A stretch of 64,000 nt of DNA from an uncultured Acidobacteriota bacterium (lineage in GTDB: Bacteria; Acidobacteriota; UBA6911; RPQK01; JAPXNP01). The position numbers were made by a program, and so were the translations under genes. The stretch covers positions 576,001-640,000 of the forward strand of contig CAVZRV010000007.1 in NCBI GenBank assembly GCA_963777605.1, in the 5' to 3' direction. Shown piece after piece: positions 1 through 10,725 of this stretch; position 1 is the stretch's first letter, and every line of letters begins with the position of its first letter. The notes beneath the pieces are model-generated. The model saw only the letters and a program-made list of their open reading frames with translations. It did not search any database and had not been told where the DNA came from.

Positions 1-564
1 ACAATACTGATTCTGGCCACGTTAGTCGTGGTCGCAGTTGGGTGCTCATCACCCGCCACCCCCCCGCCGGCCCAAAAGACAACGCCGGAACCGCCTCCCG
101 AAACCGCCAACGCCGTCACCAAGGCGGTCGCCGTCGTCCACCCGATCGGAGATTCCGGAGTGACGGGAACGGTCACATTCGTCAAGGTACCGGACGGTGT
201 GAGGATTATTGCCGACATCCAGGGCCTCACGCCCGGAGAACACGGTTTCCACGTTCACCAATACGGCGATTGCAGCGCTCCGGACGGAACGTCGGCGGGC
301 GGGCATTTCAATCCCGACAACAAGCCCCACGGTGCCCCTTCCGACCAGGAGCGCCATGTCGGTGACCTCGGAAACATCAAAGCCGAAGATTCCTCCACCG
401 CGCAATATGAAAGGACCGATCAAGTGATCACGTTCAGCGGCCCTCATTCGATCATCGGGCGGGGCCTGATCATTCATGCCGGACAGGATGACCTCACATC
501 CCAGCCGACCGGCGACGCCGGCGGACGAGTCGCCTGTGGCGTAATCGGCATCGCCAAACCCTGA
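1..564 (+). CDS. sodC: Cu/Zn superoxide dismutase, lipoprotein (5' end runs off the window)
   Basis: HGFHVH, GGHFNP, RHVGDLGN, IIIHA and RVACGVI motifs. Frame is open from base 1 with a hydrophobic stretch and a VAVGC lipobox, then a Pro-rich linker. Confidence 0.93.
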   Translation, partial: TILILATLVVVAVGCSSPATPPPAQKTTPEPPPETANAVTKAVAVVHPIGDSGVTGTVTFVKVPDGVRIIADIQGLTPGEHGFHVHQYGDCSAPDGTSAGGHFNPDNKPHGAPSDQERHVGDLGNIKAEDSSTAQYERTDQVITFSGPHSIIGRGLIIHAGQDDLTSQPTGDAGGRVACGVIGIAKP

Positions 565-645
565 CTGAGGCCGGTATGGCCGGCAATCCAAACGAAATCC
601 AGACAAGCGCTTGCGATCGTTCAGCTTCGGAGCGAGGATTGGTTC

Positions 646-1971
646 ATGACCATGACGCGACGTCAATTCCTCGCTTCGAATGCTGCAGGAACACTCGGGA
701 TCACAATGGAACCCTTCAGACTGCACTCCGGCGAGTCCTCCCCCCAGAAGGCCCCGGTGAGGATCGGCCTAATTGGGACCGGGAACCGGGGTCGCAGCCT
801 CCTCGGCATTCTTCTCGAACTGGACGGACTCGAGATCCCGGCCCTCTGTGACATCCAGCGCGACAACCTCGAAAAGGCACGGGCAATGGTTCTCAAGTCG
901 GGCCGCCCCGAACCGGAGACCTATTCCCGCGACGAATTCCATTTCAAGAGCCTTCTGGAGCGCGACGACCTGGATGCGGTGATCATCGCGACCTACTGGG
1001 AGTGGCACACGCCGATGGCCGTCTACGCCATGGAATGCGGCAAGTACGCTGGAGTCGAAGTCCCGGTGGCATACACTCTCGACGAGTGCTGGGAATTGAT
1101 CCGAACCTGCGAAAAGACCGGCATCCCCTGCATGATGCTCGAGAATTGGAGCTTCCGCAGGGACAATCTCGCGGTGCTCAACATGATCCGCGCAGGCCTG
1201 CTGGGAGAGATGGTGCACTGCCACTGCGCTCACTCCCACGACTGCATCGACCACTGGTTCTTCGACCCCGAGACCGGCCTGGACCGCTGGGCCGCCAAGT
1301 ATCTCGTCAACCATAATCGCGATCAGTACCCCACCCACCAGCAGGGTCCCATTTTGAGTTGGCTGGGCATCGGTTGTGGGGACTACTACGACACCCTAAC
1401 CTCGACGGCAACCGGTGGATTCGGTATCAACGACTACTTTCGCCGGCGATTCGGCCCCGATCACCCCAATGCAAAACGGGATTTCCGACAGGGAGATATC
1501 GTCACAACCGTAGTCCGAACCAAGCTGGGCCGGTCGGTCGTGATCAATTACGACATGCAGCTGCCCCGTCCCTACGACAACCGTTGGATGGCTCAGGGAA
1601 CCCACGGGATCTATAACGAGCAGAGGCAGGCCGTCTACCTTACGGATCGCAGCCCCAAGTACCACGAATGGGAAGAATTCTCCCCGTACCAGACCGAGTT
1701 CGATCACTCCTGGTGGAAACGTCTCAACGACCGACCAGGGCAGCTTTCCCATGGCGGCACTGATCACCTGGAGTTGGAACTCTTCGTCGAGGCGGTGCGG
1801 CACGGGACCCAGACCCCCCTGGACATCTACGATTCAGTGACGATGAGCGCCAATGGCCCGCTCTCCGAGATCTCGATTGCCCAGGGAGGAAAGCCCATCG
1901 CGTTCCCTGATTTCACGCGGGGCCGGTGGCAGACCGGGAAGCCCGCGTTTGCAATGGAGGGTAAGGCGTAG
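646..1971 (+). CDS. Tat-exported Gfo/Idh/MocA oxidoreductase, GH109 (alpha-N-acetylgalactosaminidase)-like
   Basis: TRRQFL twin-arginine motif; GLIGTGNRG Rossmann motif; IATYWEWH, GVEVP, YPTH, HGGTD and FPDFTRG motifs. Confidence 0.8.
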   Translation: MTMTRRQFLASNAAGTLGITMEPFRLHSGESSPQKAPVRIGLIGTGNRGRSLLGILLELDGLEIPALCDIQRDNLEKARAMVLKSGRPEPETYSRDEFHFKSLLERDDLDAVIIATYWEWHTPMAVYAMECGKYAGVEVPVAYTLDECWELIRTCEKTGIPCMMLENWSFRRDNLAVLNMIRAGLLGEMVHCHCAHSHDCIDHWFFDPETGLDRWAAKYLVNHNRDQYPTHQQGPILSWLGIGCGDYYDTLTSTATGGFGINDYFRRRFGPDHPNAKRDFRQGDIVTTVVRTKLGRSVVINYDMQLPRPYDNRWMAQGTHGIYNEQRQAVYLTDRSPKYHEWEEFSPYQTEFDHSWWKRLNDRPGQLSHGGTDHLELELFVEAVRHGTQTPLDIYDSVTMSANGPLSEISIAQGGKPIAFPDFTRGRWQTGKPAFAMEGKA

Positions 1972-2103
1972 TCCGGGCTGGGCGCGATGGGACCCGATTG
2001 GGCGTATGGCACAGGAAATGGGACCAATGCAATATGGGGCAGGTTAGCCCTGCCCCTCCGCGCGCGGAGAGCATTCAAAAAGTGAAACTGGACCTGGCGC
2101 CTT

Positions 2104-2284
2104 GGTTTCAGCCCAGGGCTTGCCTTGGGTCCGTGGTCCTGCACCTCGATTGCGGCCTGTAAGGTCGCGCCCCGGATTCACTTCGTCCGAAGAGGTGTTC
2201 AGCCCCTTCAGGGCTGGATTCTTGATGGGTGGACCGTGAACCCAGGCAAATGCCTGGGCTGGAAACAGGCCCCCTTCAGGGGCC
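2104..2284. repeat. REP/REPIN-like cluster of GC-rich palindromes
   Basis: GTTTCAGCCCAGGGCTTGCCTTGGGT (~2105-2130) is an imperfect inverted repeat of ACCCAGGCAAATGCCTGGGCTGGAAAC (~2240-2266). Further hairpins are GCGGCCTGTAAGGTCGC, CAGCCCCTTCAGGGCTG and GGCCCCCTTCAGGGGCC. Confidence 0.6.
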
Positions 2285-2479
2285 AGCCCGGCGGCGATCC
2301 TGTGATCATCACTCATCCACGTCTGGCACCTGACCCGAAACCAGGATCCAGCCGATAATCGCGTCCCTGGCTCTCCACCGATCGCCTCAATCCCGACCCA
2401 AACACGTCCAATTCGTCCAGGTCTTTCAACTCATCCAGAATGAAGTTTCAGCCCCGCCCCTCCGGGACCTCGGATGCGT

Positions 2480-2983
2480 CTAGAAGGCCAGTGTGCCTTC
2501 CAGCTTTCGCTCCCCGAACGCCACGCCGAGGATCATCTTGCCGTCAGTCTCCCCGTGACCACTGTAGAGATCCAGGTCCAGGTGATGCTCGGTTGGGAGA
2601 CCGGTCAGGGTATGCGTTTCAAGCTCGATCCCTTTGGACAGGTCCAGGTTGCTGCCATTCCCTGCAGCATCGGAAGGAACGAGAAAGAGCTTCCAGTCGT
2701 CGAGATTCCTGGCGCGGGCCCTAACCAGATAGGATCCGGCCGGAATCGCAGCGGTTCCCGAGTTGAAATTCCCCTTCACGTCGAGGACGGCTCTGCCGCA
2801 GTGGAAGACGAAGCCGTCGGTCACCTCGCTGAGGTGTTCCGCATTGTAGGGATAGGTTGTGAAGTTCAGCTTCAGCTCATTGTCCCCCAGTTGGGCGGTT
2901 ACGGTCTTGCTGAAGTGGGGATGAGCCAGCACGGCTCCACAGATAAGAACTGCGGCAAAAAGGACCATCGCTCTTTTGGTCAT
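2480..2983 (-). CDS. Secreted hypothetical protein (weak DUF2911-like resemblance)
   Basis: GGAG RBS before ATG 2983; signal peptide MTKRAMVLFAAVLICGAVLA; IPAGSYLV segment. Confidence 0.65.
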   Translation of the reverse strand: MTKRAMVLFAAVLICGAVLAHPHFSKTVTAQLGDNELKLNFTTYPYNAEHLSEVTDGFVFHCGRAVLDVKGNFNSGTAAIPAGSYLVRARARNLDDWKLFLVPSDAAGNGSNLDLSKGIELETHTLTGLPTEHHLDLDLYSGHGETDGKMILGVAFGERKLEGTLAF

Positions 2984-3195
2984 GCTTTGAATCTCCGATT
3001 CATTGATTGAATGTTCACGCTTCTGACGCGGACTCACACCCGTGAGGAATACAGACACCTGCTGAAAACGAGACGGGCGAGTTCCAGATATCGGAGTACT
3101 TTATCAGGGAGGGCCAGATTGATACCAGCAACTTCAGCTGAAGTGCGTTTCCGTCCAGTCGGGATCCACTCGCGGCCTACTGGCTCCGATTCTCT

Positions 3196-3945
3196 CTATT
3201 CCAGCAGCCATCCGCCATCGACAACGCAGTTGTGTCCGGTTGAAGCCAAACTGGCCTCAGAGAGATAGAACAGGATGTGATTGGCAATATCCAATGGGGT
3301 GATCTTCCGATCAATTGACTGCATCTCCATCAGGTAGGAAAGATGCTTTTCACTATCCTCGGGACGGAGGAAGTACTCCTCGACCTGTCGCTCGGTGAAC
3401 ACCCATCCCGGGCTGATCGAATTGATGCGTATCCCCTCCCGCCCCAGTTCCCGGGCCAGGCCGGTAGTCAAGCCCAGGATCCCTGCCTTGGAGACTGAGT
3501 AGACGGAACGCCGCGGGATGCCGAGCCGATAGTTGATCGACGACACGTTCACGACGCTTCGGCCCCTTCCTTTTCGCAGCAGCGGTAGCGCCTCCCGAAT
3601 CAGCAGGTAGTACCCGCGCAGGTTGAGATCGATCACTCGATCCCAGCACTCCTCGTCGCCTTCCGCAAGCGAAAACTTGGGATCAATTCCCGCGACGTTG
3701 ACCAGATAGTCCAGATGGTCGGAAACGTTGTAAACCCGGCCGATGGCAGAACGAATCGCTTCGGGCCGGGACAGATCGCAGCAAATCGCCACGTACCGAT
3801 CCCGGGTTGCCGCCTCGTCCTCATCCACGGCCAACCCGAAAACAGTCGCTCCCTGTTCAATCAGCGCGCTGCAGGTGGCCCGTCCGATCCCCCGGCTCGA
3901 CCCCGTGACCAGCGCATATCTTCCACTGAGGTCTTCAAGCCGCAT
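3196..3945 (-). CDS. SDR family oxidoreductase
   Basis: TGSSRGIG, VNVAG and YSVSK motifs; GGAGGAG RBS. Confidence 0.9.
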   Translation of the reverse strand: MRLEDLSGRYALVTGSSRGIGRATCSALIEQGATVFGLAVDEDEAATRDRYVAICCDLSRPEAIRSAIGRVYNVSDHLDYLVNVAGIDPKFSLAEGDEECWDRVIDLNLRGYYLLIREALPLLRKGRGRSVVNVSSINYRLGIPRRSVYSVSKAGILGLTTGLARELGREGIRINSISPGWVFTERQVEEYFLRPEDSEKHLSYLMEMQSIDRKITPLDIANHILFYLSEASLASTGHNCVVDGGWLLE

Positions 3946-4095
3946 TCAAACTGCTCCTCCCGTTCGTGCTCATCAATCTGGTGTCCTGTCACGCATCATA
4001 GGGCACTTTCAGCAAGGCGAAAAGCGGCTAGCTTCCAGGCCCACGAGTGCAGTACTAAGATTGTCATGAATATGCCGGAAAGGAGAAGACGAGCG

Positions 4096-4851
4096 ATGAA
4101 GGGGAGATTCGAAGACCGGGTTGCGATCGTCACAGGTGGAGCCAGGGGAATCGGCCAGGCCGTAACGGAACGGCTGGCCCGGGAGGGTGGCCGGGTCGTT
4201 GTCTTCGACGTGCGCGAGGAGGATCTGGATCGCGTGTGCCGCAGTTGCGGCCAGACTGGTCTCCGGGTTTCGGGCCGGCGTCTGAATATCACCGATGAAA
4301 CCGCGGTTCGCCTGGCCATAGACACGGTCGCCGCAGACGAGGGCCGGATCGACGTTATGGTCAACAGCGCCGGAGTCGTCGGTCCAACGTCCCGGCCGAT
4401 CGAACAGTACTCCTACGAGGAATTCCGTCAAGTCGTGGACATCAACCTGAACGGGGCGTTTCTCATGACCAAGTACACCGTCCCCCACATGGCGGCAAGG
4501 GGCTACGGACGGATCCTGCTGATCGCATCGATCGGCGGAAAGGAAGGAAATCCCGGGATGGTGGGGTATGCTGCCAGCAAGTCAGGGGTCATCGGGCTGG
4601 TCAAGGCAGTCGGGAAGGAATACGCCGAGGTGGGAATCACGGTGAACGGACTTGCGCCCGCGGTCATCGCGACACCCATGAACCGGGACACCGACCCAGC
4701 CCTGCTCAAATACATGACGGATCGGATCCCGATGCGACGCCTTGGTACAGTGGAGGAGGCTGCAGCCATCGCCTGCTGGATCGTTTCCGAGGAGGCCAGT
4801 TTCAACACCGGTTTCATTTTCGACCTCTCGGGCGGCAGGGCGACATACTAG
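4096..4851 (+). CDS. SDR family oxidoreductase (resembles sugar-acid dehydrogenases of the 2-keto-3-deoxy-L-rhamnonate dehydrogenase type)
   Basis: TGGARGIG, VNSAG and YAASK motifs; C-terminal FDLSGGRATY; AGGAG RBS. Confidence 0.88.
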   Translation: MKGRFEDRVAIVTGGARGIGQAVTERLAREGGRVVVFDVREEDLDRVCRSCGQTGLRVSGRRLNITDETAVRLAIDTVAADEGRIDVMVNSAGVVGPTSRPIEQYSYEEFRQVVDINLNGAFLMTKYTVPHMAARGYGRILLIASIGGKEGNPGMVGYAASKSGVIGLVKAVGKEYAEVGITVNGLAPAVIATPMNRDTDPALLKYMTDRIPMRRLGTVEEAAAIACWIVSEEASFNTGFIFDLSGGRATY

Positions 4852-4866
4852 TGTCCTGAAAAGTGG

Positions 4867-6015
4867 TTGGAGATGTTGATGTTCTTTCTGGTTGTTTTTT
4901 CAGTCTGGGGCCTGATCCTCCTGCACGTGTTCTGGCGGACCCAGTCTCTTATGCAGCTACAGGGTTGGGCTCGGGTGGCCTTCGGCCTGGGACTCTTCCT
5001 GGCCGGGTTCTGCTATGTGGGCGTGCGAATCTGGTTTGCGGGCCAGACCGACACCCTCGGAGAGCGGACGCTGACCTATTTCTCAGCGCTGGTGATCGGT
5101 TTCATTGCCACGCTATGGACTCTCATAGCCCTGTTCGACCTCGCCTCCCTGGCGTGGTGGTTTGTCCGGGGACACGGGGTCGGCCACGAATCAGTGCTGC
5201 TCAGGCAGCAAATTGGCGGCGGACTCTGGGTAACTGCCGTAATCCTCACCCTGATCGGCTGGTTCATCGGCCACTCCACTCCGGCAATTTCCCGGGTGCA
5301 GGTCAGCGCACCCGGCGTCGAAGACTACCGCTTCGCGGTCATTTCGGACTCGCATCTGGGTGTGAGTTCCTCGTCCGATCAGTGGGAGCGCACACTCCAG
5401 GCCACCCGGGACCAAGACCCGGACGTGATCCTGATTCCCGGTGACCTGATCGACGACGCCTCGCCCCGAGCACTGGAGCAGGTGGCTCGAATTCGAGAGG
5501 CCTTCCCTGCCCAACCGATCTTTGTGACTACTGGCAACCACGACCTCTACTCCGGAGACGGCCACTTCGCCCAGATCTGCTCCGAATTCAACTTCCACCT
5601 CCTCAGCCAGAAGGTCGAGCAACTCGGCCCCGGTCTTCAGGTTGCGGGAATCGACGACGCCCACCTGATCGATCCTGCGCAGGCCATTACAGAGATCCGC
5701 TCATCTCTCGCCGGCACCGTGCTCCTGCTCAGTCATCGCCCCGCGGTCGCGCACCTGCTCAGCGATCGACCGCAGACTCTGGTGCTCTCCGGGCACACCC
5801 ACGGTGGGCAAACGCTTCCGATGGTTTTCCTGGTCTCACTTGCCAACGGCCGCTTTCGGGCCGGACTGTACCAGGTCGAAAAGAGTTTCCTGTACGTCTC
5901 CAGGGGAACCGGCGTCTGGGGACCGCCGATCCGGCTGCTTGCCGGACCGGAAATCGTGATCATCGATGTCGTACGGAGGCCTGAATTCACAGCAGGCTTG
6001 CAGGAGGGTGAATGA
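4867..6015 (+). CDS. Membrane-anchored metallophosphoesterase (YkuE-like)
   Basis: Four N-terminal TM helices; DSH, GDLID, GNHD, SH and GHTHGGQ motifs. Confidence 0.88.
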   Translation: MEMLMFFLVVFSVWGLILLHVFWRTQSLMQLQGWARVAFGLGLFLAGFCYVGVRIWFAGQTDTLGERTLTYFSALVIGFIATLWTLIALFDLASLAWWFVRGHGVGHESVLLRQQIGGGLWVTAVILTLIGWFIGHSTPAISRVQVSAPGVEDYRFAVISDSHLGVSSSSDQWERTLQATRDQDPDVILIPGDLIDDASPRALEQVARIREAFPAQPIFVTTGNHDLYSGDGHFAQICSEFNFHLLSQKVEQLGPGLQVAGIDDAHLIDPAQAITEIRSSLAGTVLLLSHRPAVAHLLSDRPQTLVLSGHTHGGQTLPMVFLVSLANGRFRAGLYQVEKSFLYVSRGTGVWGPPIRLLAGPEIVIIDVVRRPEFTAGLQEGE

Positions 6016-7271
6016 ACCTGTTGAGACGGATTTGGGCCCTGCTCCTGGTCGTCGGCCCGGGGATCTTCTGCATCGGCTACACCATCGGCACCGGCAGTGT
6101 CACGTCGATGGTCAAGGCGGGCTCGCTGTTCGGAATGCGCCTGCTTTGGGTCCTGCTTCTGAGTTGCCTCTTCTCCTGGGTTCTTATGGAGGCGTTTGGA
6201 CGATTTTCATTGGTCGCCAACGACACTGCAATTCACGGCTTCCGCAGGCGCCTGCCGGCCGGTCCGGCCCTGGCTGTGATCGTCACCGCCGGGATCGTTG
6301 TAGCCCAACTCAACTCCCTGACCGGGATCCTCGGGCTATCCTCGGCTGCCCTGTTCGAGGTCGTCCAGGTCGCCGCACCGACAACGTCCAGCCATCAGTA
6401 CCTGGGAACACTACTGATCGCAATTGTGGTCGTCGTTCTCATGTACGTCGTCCTGCTCAAAGGAAGCTACGCCACCTTCGAACGGGTACTCGTACTCTTC
6501 GTCACCCTGATGGGCGCCTGTTTTCTGGTCTCGATGGCGGTGGTTCCGCCCTCCTGGCAGGAAGTGCTCCGCGGACTGGTCCCCCAGGTTCCGACCAACC
6601 CGTCCGAGCGATTGATGGTGGCTGCGTTCGTCGGAACCACGATGGCGGCCCCGACCTTCGTGGTGCGCCCCTTGTTGCTTCGCGGCAAGGGTTGGACGAT
6701 GGCAGAATACCGGGCCCAGCAGCGCGACGCCCTGATCTCCGCGGTCATGATGTTCGTCATCAGCGGCTCCATCATGGCGGTTTCGACCGGGGCCCTTTTT
6801 CACCGGGGATTGACAGTCGAGAGGGTCCTCGACATGGTCAACACATTGACTCCGATGGCCGGGCCCATGGCAACCTCCCTGTTCCTGTTCGGAACACTCA
6901 GTGCCGGACTTTCCTCCGTCTTCCCGATCCTCATGGTGGCCCCTCTCCTGATCGCCGATTACCGCAAAGGCGAACTGGAAACCCGGACCCCGCTCTTTCG
7001 GGTGCTGACCGGGTTGGCATGCCTTGTCGGTCTGACTGTCCCCGTACTCGGGGCAAACCCGATCTCTGCCCAGATTCTGACGCAGGTCGCCAACGTATTC
7101 GTGCTTCCGCTAGTCACCGGAGGGATTCTGATCCTGGTCAACCGGCGGGACCTGATGGGTGAACACCGGGCGGGAATCCTTCTTAACATCGGGCTTGGCG
7201 CCGCCTTTCTCTTCTCTCTGCTGATCTCCTGGGCGGGATTTCGTGCGCTTCAAGACGCGCTCCTCGGATAA
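6012..7271 (+). CDS. NRAMP-family (MntH-like) transporter
   Basis: About 11 TM helices; GPG...IGTGSV and AFVGTT segments; overlaps the upstream stop codon. Confidence 0.75.
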   Translation: MNLLRRIWALLLVVGPGIFCIGYTIGTGSVTSMVKAGSLFGMRLLWVLLLSCLFSWVLMEAFGRFSLVANDTAIHGFRRRLPAGPALAVIVTAGIVVAQLNSLTGILGLSSAALFEVVQVAAPTTSSHQYLGTLLIAIVVVVLMYVVLLKGSYATFERVLVLFVTLMGACFLVSMAVVPPSWQEVLRGLVPQVPTNPSERLMVAAFVGTTMAAPTFVVRPLLLRGKGWTMAEYRAQQRDALISAVMMFVISGSIMAVSTGALFHRGLTVERVLDMVNTLTPMAGPMATSLFLFGTLSAGLSSVFPILMVAPLLIADYRKGELETRTPLFRVLTGLACLVGLTVPVLGANPISAQILTQVANVFVLPLVTGGILILVNRRDLMGEHRAGILLNIGLGAAFLFSLLISWAGFRALQDALLG

Positions 7272-7364
7272 CTTTGAAACGCACCTCGGCTGCAATCAGA
7301 TCCTGCTTGCACGGCCACCCACTTTTCGCTAGCCTCGACTCGGGCATCGCGAGCGGAGAAAGAA

Positions 7365-9008
7365 GTGCAGAAGCGGCTGGCAACCAGGCTCATCCTCTCA
7401 CTCACGATCATCGTCGTGATTGTCGAGGGAGTTTCCGGGCTCATCAATATCAAGACCCAGGAGCGCCAACTGCTCGACGCCATGATTCTTGGGGCTGACC
7501 AGCTTTCAAGAGGGATCACCAGCGCCACCTGGCACGCCATGCTGGCCGACCACCGTGAAACCGCCTACCAGGTGATGGAAACGATCGCTCAGAAACAGGG
7601 CATCCGGCGAATCAGGATCTTCAACAAGGAAGGGCGGATCATGTTCTCGACCGACCCTAATGATGGAGGGCAGGTCGACAAGGACGCCGAGGCTTGTGCC
7701 ATGTGCCACTCGACGCTTCGACCCCTGGTTAGAGTGGACGTCCCTTCCCGATCCCGGATCTTCAAGAGTTCCGATGGACGGCGCGAACTAGCCATGGTGA
7801 GCCCAATCTACAACGAGCCTGCCTGTAGCGATGCTGCCTGCCACGCTCATCCCGCCCAGATGAACGTCCTGGGCGTCCTCGACGTCGCCCTCAGCCTGGC
7901 TGACGTAGATTCTGAGATTCGTGCAGTTGAGTGGCGAGTTGCTTCGGCGACGGCAGTTCACATCGTTCTAATCGGAATCTTCATCGTCGTCTTCACCCGA
8001 CGCTTCGTGGATCGGCCGATCCGGAAACTGATTGACGGAACCCGGGCGGTCAGCCAGATGCAGCTCGACCGGCCGATTGAAATCGAAAGTGGAGATGAAC
8101 TCGGAGAACTCGCCCGCTCCTTCAACCTGATGCGGGACCGACTCAGCGAGGCCATCGCGGAAATTAACGAATTCACCCAGCAACTGGAAACCAAGGTAGC
8201 CGAGAGAACCCTCGAACTCGAGGTTGCCCACCAGAAGCTGGAGCAAAACGAGCGGCTGGCTTCACTTGGACGGCTTTCTGCCACTGTTGCCCACGAGATC
8301 AACAACCCACTCTCGGGTGTACTGAACCTCTCGATGCTGATGGAGCGAATTTTACGCGACGGCTCTCTTCCCGCGAGCCGGGCCCCTGAATTCCAGGGCT
8401 ACCTGGCCCAGGTCACGAGGGAAACGACCCGGATCGCCCGGATCGTTTCTGGCCTTCTGGCGTTCTCTCGCCGCGCCAAACCGCTGGCGGCACCAACCGA
8501 TCTCAACCGAGTGATTCAGAGCGCTCTCTCGGCGATCAGCCACAAGCTCCAATCGTATGGAGTGAATGTCACTCTTGAGCTCGATCCCCACGTTCCGGAA
8601 GTGCCCGGAGACGGCGGACAGTTGCAACAGGTGATGATCAACCTTCTGGTCAATGCAGCGGAGGCCACCCAAACGACCGCGCAGAAACAGGTCACAGTCT
8701 CGACCAGTTCTACCCCCGAACGCATTCTGATAAAGGTGTCAGACAACGGAGAAGGCATTCCCCAGCAACACCTGCATCGGATATTTGATCCGTTCTTTAC
8801 TACCAAGGAAGCAGGCAAGGGGGTCGGGCTCGGCCTGGCGGTCGTTTACGGCATTATCGCATCTCACGGCGGAGAAATAGACGTCGAGAGTCAGCCGCGC
8901 GAAGGAACCACCTTCACAGTGAGACTTCCCCTGACTCTGAGGGATTCGCCTCGCACGGCAGGACCGACATCGGCTTCGAAAAGAGACGGAGGCATGCGAG
9001 AAGCATGA
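7365..9008 (+). CDS. HAMP sensor histidine kinase with periplasmic haem c-type motifs
   Basis: Two TM helices flank a domain with CAMCH and CSDAACH. HAMP domain, H-box [32 protein letters not shown]. Confidence 0.92.
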   Translation: MQKRLATRLILSLTIIVVIVEGVSGLINIKTQERQLLDAMILGADQLSRGITSATWHAMLADHRETAYQVMETIAQKQGIRRIRIFNKEGRIMFSTDPNDGGQVDKDAEACAMCHSTLRPLVRVDVPSRSRIFKSSDGRRELAMVSPIYNEPACSDAACHAHPAQMNVLGVLDVALSLADVDSEIRAVEWRVASATAVHIVLIGIFIVVFTRRFVDRPIRKLIDGTRAVSQMQLDRPIEIESGDELGELARSFNLMRDRLSEAIAEINEFTQQLETKVAERTLELEVAHQKLEQNERLASLGRLSATVAHEINNPLSGVLNLSMLMERILRDGSLPASRAPEFQGYLAQVTRETTRIARIVSGLLAFSRRAKPLAAPTDLNRVIQSALSAISHKLQSYGVNVTLELDPHVPEVPGDGGQLQQVMINLLVNAAEATQTTAQKQVTVSTSSTPERILIKVSDNGEGIPQQHLHRIFDPFFTTKEAGKGVGLGLAVVYGIIASHGGEIDVESQPREGTTFTVRLPLTLRDSPRTAGPTSASKRDGGMREA

Positions 9009-10363
9009 AGAGACGCTGGAAAATCCTGGTAGTCGATGATGAAGAGGTGATGCGGGACTCCCTTGCGGCGTGGCTCCGGGAGGACGGCTACCTGGTCGAA
9101 ACAGCGGCGTCGGGCGAAGCAGCTCTCTCCCGGGCGAACAGTGCGGATTTCGCGGTCTGCTTCGTTGACTTGAAGATGCCGGGCGGGATCGATGGGATCG
9201 AAACCATGGCCGGGATAAAGAAGGTACGCCCGGATACGGCAGTCATCATCATCACTGCCTACGCGACCGTGGACACGGCAATCATGGCAATGAAGCAGGG
9301 AGCGACCGAGTACATCGTCAAGCCCTGCAACCTCGAAGAAATCTCACTCCTGGTCGACCGGATCTTCAAGATGAAGAGCCTTCAGCTCGAGAATGCCATC
9401 CTGAGACAAAAGCTCAGCCGGCGCTACCGAGTTCAGGACATCATCAGCAAAAATCCCAGGATGCACGAGATCTTCCGCCTCATCGAGCAGGTCGCCGGGA
9501 TGCGCAGCACCGTCCTGATTGAAGGTGAGAGCGGAACGGGAAAGGAACTGGTGGCCCGCGCCATCCACTACTCGAGCGATCGGGCGAATCGGGTGTTCAT
9601 CGGGGTCTCCTGTGGAGCACTGGCCGAAACCCTGCTCGAATCAGAACTCTTTGGACATGAGAAGGGAGCATTCACAGGAGCGGCAGCGCAACGGAAAGGG
9701 AAGTTCGAACTGGCCGACGGCGGAACGCTGTTTCTCGACGAAATCGGGGACATCTCTCCGAAGCTCCAAATGGATCTGCTCCGGGTTCTCCAAGAAAGGA
9801 CCTTTTATCGCCTCGGGGGGACTCGCGAGGTCCAGGTGGACGTCCGGATCATTGCGGCCACCAACCGCGACCTGAGTTCGGCTGTTCGGGAAAGTCAGTT
9901 CAGAGATGACCTGTACTATCGCCTGAACGTCATCAACATCCTGATCCCTCCTCTGCGGGAACGCAGGGAAGACATTCCACTACTCGTGCACCACTCCATC
10001 GAACGCCTTTCGCACGAACTCGGAAGAGACGTGGACACGATCAGTGACGAAGCTCTGAAGCTGCTAATCGACTACGATTGGCCGGGAAACGTCCGCGAGC
10101 TGGAGAATGCCGTGGAACGCGCGCTGATCACCTGCCAGAACTCACAGCTGTCGGCAAGGGAGTTCTCGTTCATTTCCCCCGAGGGTAGCCCTCCACGAAA
10201 CTGGGTCGTCCCCCCTGACCTCAACCTTCATGACCTGGAACGGGCAGCCATTATTGATGCATTGACGAGAAACAACGGCAACGTAAAAGAGTCCGCCAAC
10301 CAGCTGGGGATCGACCGTTCGACGCTCTACGACAAGATTAAGCGCTACGGGATCCCCCACTGA
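9005..10363 (+). CDS. Sigma54-dependent response regulator (NtrC/AtoC family)
   Basis: Receiver domain (VDD, DLKMP), [29 protein letters not shown], Fis-type HTH. Confidence 0.95.
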   Translation: MKRRWKILVVDDEEVMRDSLAAWLREDGYLVETAASGEAALSRANSADFAVCFVDLKMPGGIDGIETMAGIKKVRPDTAVIIITAYATVDTAIMAMKQGATEYIVKPCNLEEISLLVDRIFKMKSLQLENAILRQKLSRRYRVQDIISKNPRMHEIFRLIEQVAGMRSTVLIEGESGTGKELVARAIHYSSDRANRVFIGVSCGALAETLLESELFGHEKGAFTGAAAQRKGKFELADGGTLFLDEIGDISPKLQMDLLRVLQERTFYRLGGTREVQVDVRIIAATNRDLSSAVRESQFRDDLYYRLNVINILIPPLRERREDIPLLVHHSIERLSHELGRDVDTISDEALKLLIDYDWPGNVRELENAVERALITCQNSQLSAREFSFISPEGSPPRNWVVPPDLNLHDLERAAIIDALTRNNGNVKESANQLGIDRSTLYDKIKRYGIPH

Positions 10364-10411
10364 TTCCCGGAACCGGCGCCGCAAGCGTCGTCGAACCGGC
10401 CCAGGGGTTCG

Positions 10412-10549
10412 TCACCGCGTCCGGTACCGTGTCCAAAGCTCTTCGAAAATTGCCCACAGCGTCACCGCCACGAAGCCAATCGTCACGGCGCCCAGGAGCA
10501 CGTTGGTCAAGTTCAACCAGAAGAAGTCCGGATATCCTGTTCCCAGCAT
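10412..10549 (-). CDS. 45-aa single-pass membrane protein
   Basis: GGAGGT RBS; sequence MLGTGYPDFFWLNLTNVLLGAVTIGFVAVTLWAIFEELWTRYRTR; upstream sigma54 motif. Confidence 0.65.
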   Translation of the reverse strand: MLGTGYPDFFWLNLTNVLLGAVTIGFVAVTLWAIFEELWTRYRTR

Positions 10550-10624
10550 TGGCCACCTCCACATCAACGTGAATGCTTGATCGCGAACAGACTTCCGCTC
10601 ACGACCGGCACGCTGGTGTAAAGG

Positions 10625-10639
10625 GCAATTACCATTCCA
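10625..10639 (-). promoter_or_regulatory. Sigma54 -24/-12 promoter candidate
   Basis: Minus strand TGGAATGGTAATTGC against consensus TGGCACGNNNNTTGC, with exact GG-N10-GC spacing. Confidence 0.6.
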
Positions 10640-10725
10640 CCTACCACAGCACGAACGTAAGAGTTTGAAATATTGAGACTTGAACTGAGAGGAGCCAAAG
10701 CTTTGCTTCGTCGCGATGCGCAGCT

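Noticed and set aside
2007-2021. TGGCAC sigma54-like -24 box
   Set aside because: The -12 position reads GG rather than GC, and no plausible gene follows.
5966-7162. 398-aa Arg/Pro-rich same-strand ORF
   Set aside because: Alternate frame of the NRAMP gene, with the composition typical of off-frame GC-rich sequence.
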